Source of the DNA: Promethearchaeota archaeon
GTDB taxonomy: Archaea > Asgardarchaeota > Lokiarchaeia > Sigyniarchaeales > SOKP01
Reading direction: 5' to 3'
Length of the DNA: 56,310 nt
Assembly (NCBI GenBank): GCA_048940445.1
Contig: JBHLON010000023.1
Coordinates: 1 to 56,310, forward strand
The stretch's first letter is position 1. Each line of letters opens with the position of its first letter. The position numbers were made by a program, and so were the translations under genes. The notes under the pieces are model-generated. The model did no database searches. It saw only the letters and a list, made by a program, of their open reading frames with translations, and had not been told where the DNA came from. Shown here one piece after another: positions 20,534 to 30,510 of the stretch.

Positions 20534-20848
20534 TTATAGTGTTTTCTTCCTCAGTCAATATGTATTTGTTCGTCCTATGATTTCTATTCTACTAATAGAT
20601 GAGATAATTATAATAAGAATACTTCGAAATTCTTCAGCACACTCATCTTTATCTTTTAGAAGAGAATCAGAATCAACAGCATTGTATGCCTGGTAATACT
20701 TACTTTCATATCCTAAAGCAAAAGGGGTTAAGTTAAGAAGGATTGAATCTCCAAAAGGAGTTACTATTAAATGCTCTAAACCATTTAAATAGAAATCATT
20801 ACCAAAATTCTGAAAATTAGTAGAAATTTCAATTCCAAGATTATAAAA
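20534..20848 (-). pseudogene. Decayed remnant of an Ig-like stalk repeat + TM anchor homologous to the C-terminus of the SBP at 15193-17268
   Basis: Translates as FYNLGIEISTNFQNFGNDFYLNGLEHLIVTPFGDSILLNLTPFALGYESKYYQAYNAVDSDSLLKDKDECAEEFRSILII, then after a frameshift IISSISRIEIIGRTNTY*LRKK. No start codon. Confidence 0.8.
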
Positions 20849-20882
20849 CTACACAATAAATTCCAAGAAAAATATTATAAAA

Positions 20883-22193
20883 TTAATCTATTTTTCTGAA
20901 TATTATTTTTCTTACCAAGAAAAAACTGCCAATGCTTAAAATCACTAGTATTATAAAGACATTATAACTTGGAATTGTAGTGGGAGCAACATATGGAATA
21001 TACTTTACCAGAACCATATCATACCCTCCTGCTCCGAAATTTTCTGTATAGCCTGCAAGATACACAGCATTTGATGAATCAATCGCTACACCCAAGGCAG
21101 TGTCATAGTTAGCCCCACCCCATGTATAATACCCATGTTCTACACCGTTGATATCATAATTCACCAGAACCATATCATAATCTCCCATTCCGAAACTTTC
21201 GGTTTCTCCCGCTAGATATACATTAGCTGAGGAATCTACTGCTATTCCATTACCAAAATCTTGGTCATTTCCACCCCATGTGCGATTCCATTGCTGTATT
21301 CCTTGTTGGTCATATTTTACCAGAACTATGTCCGCCTCTCCTCCTCCTAGACTCCATGTATGTCCTACAACATATATATTATCTGATTTATCCATTGCTA
21401 TATCAGAGCCAATATCTTGTTTAATTTCCCCCCATGTGCGATTCCATTGTTGTACTCCATTCAAATTATACTTTATTAAAACCATATCGCTATCTCCTCC
21501 TTCAACGCATTGTCCTGTAATATAAATATTACCCATTGAGTCTGTGACTATTCCATTTCCTTCTTCATAATCTATCCCTCCCCACGTTTGATTCCATAGT
21601 TGTTCACCATTTTTATCATATTTCACTAGAACTACATCATTATTTCCTAATCCAAAACTAGACGTAACTCCTGTAAGGTAAACATTTTCAAATGAATCTG
21701 TTGAACATCCATAACAACGATCAAAATCTATACCCCCCCATGTAGCGTTCCATAGTAACGTGCCATTTCCGTCATATTTCAATAAAAGCATGTCTTCATT
21801 TCCTGCTCCGAATCTCACTGTTGATCCCGCAAGATATATATTGTCTAATTGATCTATTGCTATATCAAAGCTAAAATCTCCGTTAATTCCTCCCCATGTG
21901 CGATTCCATTGTTGAACTCCATTTTTATCATATTTTACTAAAATTATATCCGCATCCATAGAACTAACATTATATCCTGTAAGATATACATTACTTAACG
22001 AATCTACTGCTACGCTTAAACCGTAATCATTTGTATTAGCTTCACCCCATGTACGATACCATTCAGATTTAATTGAATTGCTCGTAGCCAAAGAATTTAT
22101 ATTTACCTTCTCATTGTGTTTATTCTCGATACAATATGTTTCTTGTAGAAAAAAACCAACACACAAAATTAAAAGAAATACTGTTAAATACAT
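20883..22193 (-). CDS. Cell-surface beta-propeller (SBBP-type repeats) with Loki-CTERM-like sorting signal
   Basis: Signal peptide; about seven repeats of WNRTWGG..D.G..IA.D...N.Y..G....D..L.KY; C-terminal IPSYN + TM + RK. Confidence 0.88.
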   Translation of the reverse strand: MYLTVFLLILCVGFFLQETYCIENKHNEKVNINSLATSNSIKSEWYRTWGEANTNDYGLSVAVDSLSNVYLTGYNVSSMDADIILVKYDKNGVQQWNRTWGGINGDFSFDIAIDQLDNIYLAGSTVRFGAGNEDMLLLKYDGNGTLLWNATWGGIDFDRCYGCSTDSFENVYLTGVTSSFGLGNNDVVLVKYDKNGEQLWNQTWGGIDYEEGNGIVTDSMGNIYITGQCVEGGDSDMVLIKYNLNGVQQWNRTWGEIKQDIGSDIAMDKSDNIYVVGHTWSLGGGEADIVLVKYDQQGIQQWNRTWGGNDQDFGNGIAVDSSANVYLAGETESFGMGDYDMVLVNYDINGVEHGYYTWGGANYDTALGVAIDSSNAVYLAGYTENFGAGGYDMVLVKYIPYVAPTTIPSYNVFIILVILSIGSFFLVRKIIFRKID

Positions 22194-22492
22194 ATAAGTT
22201 GATTTTATGGTTTTTCACTTATCTTTTGTATTATACGATTAAGGTAGAGTTAGGTAAATCTTTTATTTATGTTTTTACTTTAAATCAAACAAACATCATA
22301 ATTTGTATTGAAGAAAAGTGTAAGTTAAAATTTACTGAGGAGTCATTATTTCTTTATTAAATCTTATTCTTTTTTTTCTAGTATCTTTTTAATATGGTCT
22401 TATTAAAATTAAAACATCAAATTAGAGACTGGTATTCATTAATAATTTAAACATAAATTATTTATCTTTTTTTTAATTTTCTGATATGAATC

Positions 22493-22810
22493 ATGGAAGA
22501 AGTTCCAGAAGAGAGAAAAATTGTAAGAATTGATCAAGTATATGTGGTTGGAGGAAGTTTTGATGATCCTTCAGATTTTACCAATAAGGTTAATCGAAAT
22601 CTTTTACTTTTACATGAAAGCAAAAAATATTATAGAATTAAAGATATAAAGTTCAATATTTTTAATGACCAACGATATCCTCAATCGACTCCTATTTATC
22701 TAGCCTTCATTGTTGCTGAAGTAGATGTAGATATTACCCCAGAACCAGAGAAAAAAAGAAAGAAGAAAAGAAAGCAAAAAAAAAAGAAAATGAGAAAATT
22801 ATTGTTCTAA
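22493..22810 (+). CDS. Small hypothetical protein (weak Cse60/DUF2758-like pattern) with polybasic tail
   Basis: FTNKVN..L, IKDIKF, YLAFIV pattern; tail KKRKKKRKQKKKKMRK. Confidence 0.55.
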   Translation: MEEVPEERKIVRIDQVYVVGGSFDDPSDFTNKVNRNLLLLHESKKYYRIKDIKFNIFNDQRYPQSTPIYLAFIVAEVDVDITPEPEKKRKKKRKQKKKKMRKLLF

Positions 22811-23045
22811 ATAATCTTTTAAATATGTTTTTAACAGCCGTTAATGAAATTTAATAATAAGTTAGTCTATTAATAATAAAGAGTAAGATCTTTCTTTTTC
22901 TTACAATTTCTCTTAGATCTACAAATAGTTTCGCAGAATCAAACCGATCTTGAGAGAATCTTTCTCTTATTTAAGATTAAATTTTAGGTTTTTTTAATAA
23001 AAATAAAGCAATAAACTTTTATTATAATATATTGAGGAAAATATT

Positions 23046-23378
23046 ATGACAAATGAGCTTGAAACTAAGACCAAAATTGATGAAATAGAAAAAAAATATA
23101 AAGAAAAGGAAGCTGAAATTCACGAAGAAATTTCAATAGAATATGATTCAGTACTCAACGAGATTTATTCGAAATATGAAAAAGATTATCGATATATGGG
23201 GAATGTTAAAAGAGAAGAAAGAGATTTAAAGGGGAGAATCTCTGAAATAAAATATGTTTTAAAGATATTTAAAAAAGAAATTTCAATTTTAAGCAAGAAT
23301 AAAAAGAGATTATTGAAACAAAGATTAAAAGAATTAAGAAGAGAGAAAAATGCAGAAATTATGAATTTGAAAAAATAA
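23046..23378 (+). CDS. Hypothetical coiled-coil protein
   Basis: 110 aa, K/E-rich heptad-like composition. Confidence 0.6.
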   Translation: MTNELETKTKIDEIEKKYKEKEAEIHEEISIEYDSVLNEIYSKYEKDYRYMGNVKREERDLKGRISEIKYVLKIFKKEISILSKNKKRLLKQRLKELRREKNAEIMNLKK

Positions 23379-23599
23379 ACTCTGCTAAAATGACCACTTA
23401 AATCAGATTTTCTTGAATACCAATCAGCTTTTTAATCTTATTTTATATGTTGGCTTATTCTTATTTTAACAACAATCTACCTATTAAGTGAATTCAGGTT
23501 ATCATTGCTTGTCCTATAAGTTCCTTCCAAAATAACAAATAGTACCAATTCATACAAGCAATTTAAATAATTACTTATGTTATATTAAATTGAAATACA

Positions 23600-23836
23600 A
23601 TGCAACAGTTATTCATAAAAAAATTAATATTCTGGATACTTCTATCTTTGAATGTATTATTCGCCTTTATAATCGGGCTCACAATTTCTTCAATGACATC
23701 AGAGAGTAGCCCTTTTCTTGGAATTATAGTCATTCCATTACTTGTAATACTTAACTATATCTACCTAGATCGATTCCATTTTTGGTTAAGAACAACTCCG
23801 AAAGAAGATAAAAAATCAAATAAGACTAGTAAATAA
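23600..23836 (+). CDS. Small two-TM membrane protein
   Basis: Two hydrophobic segments; TTTAAATA about 35 nt upstream; 12 nt before the sortase gene. Confidence 0.7.
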   Translation: MQQLFIKKLIFWILLSLNVLFAFIIGLTISSMTSESSPFLGIIVIPLLVILNYIYLDRFHFWLRTTPKEDKKSNKTSK

Positions 23837-23848
23837 ATAAAAGAAAGT

Positions 23849-24775
23849 ATGAGACTAGAAATTAAATTTAGAGGAAAAAAGTATAGTTTTTCAAATTTGG
23901 CTTTAATTGTATTTCCTCTGGGTTTAATAATATCAGTACCTTTTATCCTTCAATTTGATAAAACCACCGAACTTATATGGTTGCAAGAGTTATTTACAAA
24001 AAATGTTGTATTTTTTGAAAATCTTTTTTTCAATTTAGGAGTTTATGTAATCTATAACCCAACCTACTCCTGCCCCTGGCTTATTGGCTATTCTGATAAT
24101 GCTTTAGCATACGTAAATAATGGATGTACTGGATTTTTAACAATGAGTATTTTCGTTGCTGTAATTATTTTTGTACCTCATTCACAGGTTTCAAAAACTA
24201 AAGAGAACATCCTTTGGAGGAAGTCAATAGCTATTATTATTGCAATTTCATTTATTTATCTTTTCAATATTTTTCGATTAACAATACAAATCTATCTATA
24301 CACCCATGGATTTGCATGGAGCATTATTCATGATTCTGATGAGATGTTAGCTCTTACTGTTTCATTTCATATTGCTATTTTTTTACTCTGTTGCAAGTAT
24401 ATTCCAGAATTGTTTCTCTCAATTTTTTATTCGGGAAAACTCATAATCACTCAGCTTACAAAAAAAAGTATCGCAGAAACTATTTATGATATAAAGCATA
24501 GAGGCGAAAGAACCCAATATAACAAGGTTCGACAAATATTCAAAGATAAAGAAATGGACTTATATCTAATCAAAACAAATGATATTGACTTTCGCTTAAT
24601 GCAATTCCTAAGAAAAAGTAAAAATAAATATACAGTTAAAGCTATTAAAGATCGGTTATTTGGGCAACAAGAGAACATTTCTGAAGATTTACTTGATAAA
24701 ATGTTGCAAGTCTTTTCAGATATGAAATGGATACTTTCAAAAGAATTAGATGGCCAAATTTATTACTATATTTAA
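23849..24775 (+). CDS. Exosortase/archaeosortase family protein (ArtH-like) with C-terminal winged-helix-like extension
   Basis: Multi-TM; catalytic pattern Cys (NNGCTG), Arg (FNIFRL), His (IIHD); soluble C-terminal ~110 aa. Confidence 0.82.
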   Translation: MRLEIKFRGKKYSFSNLALIVFPLGLIISVPFILQFDKTTELIWLQELFTKNVVFFENLFFNLGVYVIYNPTYSCPWLIGYSDNALAYVNNGCTGFLTMSIFVAVIIFVPHSQVSKTKENILWRKSIAIIIAISFIYLFNIFRLTIQIYLYTHGFAWSIIHDSDEMLALTVSFHIAIFLLCCKYIPELFLSIFYSGKLIITQLTKKSIAETIYDIKHRGERTQYNKVRQIFKDKEMDLYLIKTNDIDFRLMQFLRKSKNKYTVKAIKDRLFGQQENISEDLLDKMLQVFSDMKWILSKELDGQIYYYI

Positions 24776-24849
24776 AAAATCTACATATATCTTGAAATTT
24801 TTAAAAAAAAATAGTTTTCAAGGATTTTTGATTTAAAATCATAACTTCT

Positions 24850-25929
24850 TTAAGTTATTTTTATAGGATAATAGCCATATTTTTCAATTGTTTTTGGAAT
24901 TGCTAAGATATTGGGAAGTGGTACTCCCCATGGTAGGCTACAAACGGGGCAACAAATATATCTACCCTCAGGAGCTAAGTTTAAGATATTTTCTTTTACC
25001 TTTTCTTCAACATCAGAAGGAGTTCCTGTGAACATTTCTCTACTTACATCAATATTAGCACCTATTATAGTAATTTTTGGATACTTTTTTCTAAAATCAA
25101 TCCAATATTCAATATCTAAAGGATGACTACCATTAACCGCAACAAAGTCAATTTCCTTAACGACCTTTGTAAAATATGGTGAAGTTCCACAATTATGGAG
25201 CATAAAAGGAACTTTTATTTTATTCATCATTCTCTTAATAAACTGCCCTTCATAGCGCATAGAATCTTGAAAACTCATCATATGACGATTAAATGAGTAT
25301 CCTGCAATAAAAACATTAGGAGGCATACCTACAATTTCAAGCCAATTCTCATAAATATCCATTTGAGATTCATAAATTTTTTCGCAGAGTTTTAACAATA
25401 AATCTGGATTTCGACGCATATCCTTATAAGCTTCTATTCCACGTAACTCCTGGACAACAGACCAAATACTTAAGCTGATTACCTGAGGAAATTTAATTTT
25501 TTCATGAATCATTTTGGCAGCTAGTAAAGACGTTCTCCATAGATTACACCTATTATGATCTGGAATTTCTAACTTTTCAATATCTTCTTCAGATTTACAA
25601 ATCTCTCCTTGTTTGCACATTAGAGGTTTATAATCAAACCATTTAATTGCTTCTAATTTGTTGTTCGCTTCCGCAAATGCTAATGCTTCACTTGGGCCTG
25701 CGTAGGCACTTGGGACATTTATAGAATCTGTATTTAAAAACTCAAAAGTGTTTATAATAGAATTAGCATAAATCTTTGGGGAACTATATAATTCTTTCAC
25801 AGTTTTTCCTGTTACTCGACAAATCATTTGTTCTCCTGCGAATGCAAGAAATGGAACTTTATCAACTCTTTTTGATCCTGCTATTACCCTAAATATTCTA
25901 TTAACAGAAGCAGTCCAATCTTTGCCCAA
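24850..25929 (-). CDS. Uroporphyrinogen decarboxylase-fold MtaA/CmuA-like methyltransferase
   Basis: DKVP, EALAF, ELRG, Zn-binding HNCG, GANID, CPVCSL; downstream of the corrinoid gene. Confidence 0.8.
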   Translation of the reverse strand: MGKDWTASVNRIFRVIAGSKRVDKVPFLAFAGEQMICRVTGKTVKELYSSPKIYANSIINTFEFLNTDSINVPSAYAGPSEALAFAEANNKLEAIKWFDYKPLMCKQGEICKSEEDIEKLEIPDHNRCNLWRTSLLAAKMIHEKIKFPQVISLSIWSVVQELRGIEAYKDMRRNPDLLLKLCEKIYESQMDIYENWLEIVGMPPNVFIAGYSFNRHMMSFQDSMRYEGQFIKRMMNKIKVPFMLHNCGTSPYFTKVVKEIDFVAVNGSHPLDIEYWIDFRKKYPKITIIGANIDVSREMFTGTPSDVEEKVKENILNLAPEGRYICCPVCSLPWGVPLPNILAIPKTIEKYGYYPIKIT

Positions 25930-25951
25930 TTTATTATTTCACCTCATAGAT

Positions 25952-26587
25952 TCAAATTAAAGTATTTATTTTTTTAACTCCTTCCCAACCATCTTTGGCA
26001 AAATCATCTGCTCCTATCATTTCACACGACTCTTTTGATAAAATTCCACCACCAACGATTATTCGAGACTTTATATTTCCATTCTTAAGTAAATTAACTG
26101 TTTCAACCATTTTAGAGATGCTCATTGTCATTAATCCACTTAATCCTATCAGTCTGGGATTTATTTCTTTTGCTTTTCGAAGAAATTCTTCTGGTGGAAC
26201 ATCAGATCCTAGATCAACAACTTCAAAGCCTTGTCCTTGCAAGAGTGAGACTACCAAACTCTTCCCTAGATCATGAATATCACCTTCCACAGTACCAATT
26301 AATATAGTACCTTTAGATTCTATTACAGATTTTTCATTTAATGAATTTTTCAATATCTTAGTAGCAGCATTTATTGCATCACCAGTCATGAGTAGATCAG
26401 GAAGAAAGTATTCATCATTTTCATATAAATTACCAGCTTCTTCAGCACCTTTAAGAATTGCTCTATTCAAAATCTCTTTGAATTTTATTCCCATTTTAAT
26501 AGATTCATTAACCAATTCAATTGAATTATTTGGATCTCCTTTTAAAATTGCGTTTTTTAATTTTTTTAATAATTCTTCTTCATCCAT
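25952..26587 (-). CDS. Corrinoid (cobalamin-binding) methyl-carrier protein, MtaC/MttC-like
   Basis: Cap domain EYFLPDL; GTVEGDIHDLGK, DLGSDVP, GLSGLM, VGGG. Confidence 0.93.
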   Translation of the reverse strand: MDEEELLKKLKNAILKGDPNNSIELVNESIKMGIKFKEILNRAILKGAEEAGNLYENDEYFLPDLLMTGDAINAATKILKNSLNEKSVIESKGTILIGTVEGDIHDLGKSLVVSLLQGQGFEVVDLGSDVPPEEFLRKAKEINPRLIGLSGLMTMSISKMVETVNLLKNGNIKSRIIVGGGILSKESCEMIGADDFAKDGWEGVKKINTLI

Positions 26588-26690
26588 AATTAATGTTCAG
26601 TCCTTTAATTTAAAAATTAACCAACCTCTATTTTATAGTTATAATTACTGTGTATTGCTCACTTTTTAAACTAAATTTCAACGAGGGTTT

Positions 26691-26760
26691 ACCATTCCCT
26701 TAGTAGAGTCGGTAATCTTAATAATTATTCCCAATTTAAATATATTGATCAATTAAAGGT
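26691..26760 (+). repeat. 70-bp non-coding element, copy 1
   Basis: 54/70 ungapped identities with 36971-37040 by manual count. Confidence 0.75.
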
Positions 26761-26870
26761 TTGAAAGCCAAAATCCTAAAGAATAAGCTTTCTTTCTGTA
26801 TATGAGGGTAATATTTATCCATGCTAAATTCTTATAAATATAATATAAAAAATTATGAGGATTAATAACA

Positions 26871-27683
26871 ATGCCATTTTTTGATAATGAAGGAGTTAAA
26901 ATATATTATGAAATTGAAGGGGAAGGGCCACCTGTGATAATGATTCATGGGTTTGCCGCAAATATCGAGGCTAATTGGAAATCTACTAATTGGGTAGATT
27001 TTCTAAAAGATGATTATGAATTAATACTTGTAGATTGTCGTGGACACGGGAAAAGTGATAAACCTAAAGATGCTACTCAATATGGAGAAAAGATAAATGA
27101 AGATATCGTTAAACTCCTTAATCATTTATCTATTGTGAAGGCTAACTTTTTCGGTTATTCTATGGGGGGAAGAATAACAACAGATATTTTACTTAAAAAT
27201 CAAGAACGCTTTATAAGTGCTATTATTGGAGGATTCCCACTCTATTATTCAAAAAAAAGAACAAAATTCATTGCTAGAGTAATGATGAAAAAATGGATAA
27301 AGGGTTTAAAAAAAGCAAATCTTGATGATATAAAAAATAAAGCTGCTTTAAGATTCCGAAAAGTAATTTCAGAATATGCTGATTCTCACTTACAAGATCT
27401 TGAAGCCTTAATTTACGTTTTGGAAGCAGATATTCAACGTCCGGATGGTATACTCCCAACTAATCCCAAAAGGAAAGAAGCTCTTAAAAAAGTTAATGTG
27501 CCAGTTATGACAGTTTTCGGAGCTGATGATAGTATTGTTAAAAGAGGTAAATTCATAGGAGCTCAATTAGTACCAGGTTCTTGTCATTTCCAAATCGAAG
27601 GAAAAGACCATATTACTGTTGTCGCAGATCCCAAATTTCACATGGTCGTAAAAGCTTTTCTAGATTATGTAAACAAGAATTAA
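26871..27683 (+). CDS. Alpha/beta hydrolase
   Basis: HGF, DCRGHGKS, nucleophile GYSMG, C-terminal KDH. Confidence 0.92.
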   Translation: MPFFDNEGVKIYYEIEGEGPPVIMIHGFAANIEANWKSTNWVDFLKDDYELILVDCRGHGKSDKPKDATQYGEKINEDIVKLLNHLSIVKANFFGYSMGGRITTDILLKNQERFISAIIGGFPLYYSKKRTKFIARVMMKKWIKGLKKANLDDIKNKAALRFRKVISEYADSHLQDLEALIYVLEADIQRPDGILPTNPKRKEALKKVNVPVMTVFGADDSIVKRGKFIGAQLVPGSCHFQIEGKDHITVVADPKFHMVVKAFLDYVNKN

Positions 27684-28110
27684 TCTTTATTTCCTTATAA
27701 GATAAATGGGTTCGGGAAAATTAATTAGCATTGAAAGAGTTTATTTGATTTAGAAAGTACTTAAAGTAATTATACGGCGTCGTATTGTTTTTAGGAATCT
27801 TTTTGGATAGGATACTTATACCAACAAACACAAAATCATCTAAAATATAGACAGGCTCTCAGGGACAGATGCTATCAATTCAGCTATTTATCATAATTGG
27901 ATTAAGTAGATCAGTTACGTTAACAATTTGAAATTCAAGTTCTTTAGCACAAATAAATAATAATTCTCCCTTCAATTAAAGAAATGCAGAAGAAATTTAA
28001 ATTAGATAGATAGTATTTACCTAAATGTTAAAAACAATGATCAATATTATGTTATAAAGTTCACAAAATAAAATCTAATTTAAAGCATAATAGAAAAAAA
28101 GGTGTAAAAA

Positions 28111-28398
28111 TTGGGAAAAACATTTGGGATTATTGCTCTATTAGCTGGATTAGCAGGAGTAATCTTACTCGCATTGTTATATATAGGCTTCTTTTTAGCT
28201 CCTATCCTTATTTTTCCTTATATTGGGCTTATTATAATAATTGCTGGTGCTCTTGGGATAATTTTCGGTATAATTGGGATAGCAAAAGATGATTCAAAAG
28301 GATTAGGAATCGTAGGTTTGATTCTTGGGATTATTGCTATAGCTCTATACTTCATACTTCCCTTTATCTTAGTTGGTGTAGCCATAACTTTGTTCTAA
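28111..28398 (+). CDS. Small multi-TM membrane protein (DUF4190-like)
   Basis: GIIFGIIGI..GIVGLILGII; AGGTG upstream of the TTG. Confidence 0.7.
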   Translation: MGKTFGIIALLAGLAGVILLALLYIGFFLAPILIFPYIGLIIIIAGALGIIFGIIGIAKDDSKGLGIVGLILGIIAIALYFILPFILVGVAITLF

Positions 28399-28466
28399 AC
28401 AAATTTTAAAATTCTTTTTTTTTTAATTTCTTTTTAAGCCTGTGGATTTATCTTTTAAAAGTAATT

Positions 28467-29675
28467 TTACTTTAATTTTGTAATAATTTCTCTTAGGTCC
28501 TCCAATTTCATGAACTTGGGAACCGGGTAAATTGGATGAGCTTCTTTATATGCTGATTTTGCGATGATATCGATATCGTCTTCTTTAATTTCCTTTATAA
28601 ATGAAGGGATATTCATTTTTTCATTCATGTCGCGAATAGCTTGTATAAACCGCTCTGCTAAAATTCTTTTTGATTCATTTTCACACCCAATTCCAGCAGC
28701 GATAGCTAATTTTGAAAGCTTTTTGTATACTTTTTCTCCATAATAATCCAAAACATACGGTAATACAACTGCATTGGCTAGACCATGAGGAATATTATAC
28801 ATTCCTCCTAGTTTATGAGCAATGGCATGAATATATCCTACAAATCCTACATTTATCGCCAATCCCGCACAAAAAGCTGCTTGAGCCATTGCTTCTCTGC
28901 CTTCTATTTGATTTCCATTTTCGTACAGATTTGTTAGATTTTCAAAAATTATTTTTACCGCTTTTATTGCATTTTCATTACCAAAATCACCGCTTAAAAT
29001 GTTTATGTATGATTCAACCGCGTGAGTTAATGCATCCATACCTGTCGTTGCGGTTACTTGAGGTGGTAATCTTAAAGATAATTCTGGATCTAATATAACG
29101 CATTTTGCTAATAATTTTTTAGATGCTACAGCAAACTTTCTTCGGTTATCAGTGTCAGTAATAATGGCACTAAAATTGGTTTCAGTACCAGTTCCTGCAG
29201 TAGTAGTAACTGCAAAAAATGGAGGCACATCACCTTTAATAGAAAAATATTTCCCCAGATCTTTTACTGTCTTTCCTGGTTTTGCAACAAGCCCTAAGGC
29301 AATTTTTGCACAATCTATTGGAGAACCTCCGCCAAATCCTATTATGCAATCACATCTATTTTCCAGATATGTATTTTTTGCTGACTCCACCATGGTAATT
29401 GTAGGATTGGGGGCAACATCGTCAAACACAATAAACTCAATGTTGTTTTCTTCGAAAGTTCGAAGCATCCCATCGAGTAACTTGATTTTTGTAAGTCCTT
29501 TATCTGTTACAATTAAAGGCTTACCAACTCCTTCACTTTTTAATTCTTTATAAAGATTTTTTATATTGCCTGGTCCAGCTAGCACTTTTGGTTTTCCCTT
29601 ACTCATTTGCCGAGAAAGTGAAATTACAAATAATTGTATTAATCTATAATATCCTTTCTTAATCATCCACATCAT
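28467..29675 (-). CDS. Iron-containing alcohol dehydrogenase
   Basis: GGGSPIDCAK, TTAGTGTE, GMDALTHAVES, HAIAH, HGLAN. Confidence 0.93.
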   Translation of the reverse strand: MMWMIKKGYYRLIQLFVISLSRQMSKGKPKVLAGPGNIKNLYKELKSEGVGKPLIVTDKGLTKIKLLDGMLRTFEENNIEFIVFDDVAPNPTITMVESAKNTYLENRCDCIIGFGGGSPIDCAKIALGLVAKPGKTVKDLGKYFSIKGDVPPFFAVTTTAGTGTETNFSAIITDTDNRRKFAVASKKLLAKCVILDPELSLRLPPQVTATTGMDALTHAVESYINILSGDFGNENAIKAVKIIFENLTNLYENGNQIEGREAMAQAAFCAGLAINVGFVGYIHAIAHKLGGMYNIPHGLANAVVLPYVLDYYGEKVYKKLSKLAIAAGIGCENESKRILAERFIQAIRDMNEKMNIPSFIKEIKEDDIDIIAKSAYKEAHPIYPVPKFMKLEDLREIITKLK

Positions 29676-29738
29676 TTTTGCTGCTCTTATTTCCTCCTAA
29701 TAAGTTAAAAACATCAAATATCGATTATTTGAATTAAT

Positions 29739-30389
29739 TCACCCAAAGAAATATTCCATTATGCTTCTTTCTGCTTTTTGAATATGATTTAAAATTGCTG
29801 AAGAACTAACCTGAAAATGTTCTGCAATCCTTTTTGTAGAGATTTCTTTAGGTACTTTAAAATATCCATTTCGAGTAGCATATATCATAATCTGTTTCTG
29901 TCTACTTGTAAGTCTTGGCATTGTATTAATTGAATTCGAGATTGTCTCATTGATATTTGCCACTGAGAGGATCTCTATAGATTTGAAGATCTTATTTTGT
30001 GTTAAAACAGTGTTTACTTCGTCATCTTTCGCGATAAGCCCAAATACGATAGCATCTGGATCAAAGATAATGGGGGGTAATAAGGCAAAAGATTTTGAAA
30101 GAAAAGCAGGCCAGAAACCTGAAGTGTTCTTTTGTTTCATAATACAGAGAATCTCGTTTGCTTTCTTCTCGAGAATCTTATATGATTGTGCAAAAAAAAG
30201 TTCTCGGAGGAATTTGTCCATTTCATCAATTTTTCCTTTTTTAAATATTATTTTATTCATCGCGAAGAAATTATTGGAATCATATTCATATATCTGAAGA
30301 ACCTCAATATAATCTACTACATCGAAGTAATTAGGTAGTCCAAAATCAAGAATTGTATTAGATGGGACTTTGATTTTTAGAATGCGCAA
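29739..30389 (-). CDS. Bat/HTH_10-type transcriptional regulator
   Basis: C-terminal LTSRQ..A...GYF.VPK......IA....S......HIQKAE. Confidence 0.88.
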   Translation of the reverse strand: MRILKIKVPSNTILDFGLPNYFDVVDYIEVLQIYEYDSNNFFAMNKIIFKKGKIDEMDKFLRELFFAQSYKILEKKANEILCIMKQKNTSGFWPAFLSKSFALLPPIIFDPDAIVFGLIAKDDEVNTVLTQNKIFKSIEILSVANINETISNSINTMPRLTSRQKQIMIYATRNGYFKVPKEISTKRIAEHFQVSSSAILNHIQKAERSIMEYFFG

Positions 30390-30510
30390 TTTTTTTCACC
30401 ATTATTTAAAGAGTTTTAGTTACCAAGTGCTTATTAGTAGAATATTATTTAAAAAGGTTTACCCAACAACCCTAATTGTTAAATTATTTTATTTTTATTA
30501 TAATACTAAT

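Noticed and set aside
20980-22060. Recurrent CCCCATGTGCGATTCCATTG nucleotide repeats resembling a CRISPR or DGR repeat
   Set aside because: They encode the QWNRTWG propeller blades in frame; no spacers, cas genes or reverse transcriptase
22136-22360. 74-aa ORF on + strand
   Set aside because: Overlaps the propeller start and its promoter; low-complexity AT-rich translation
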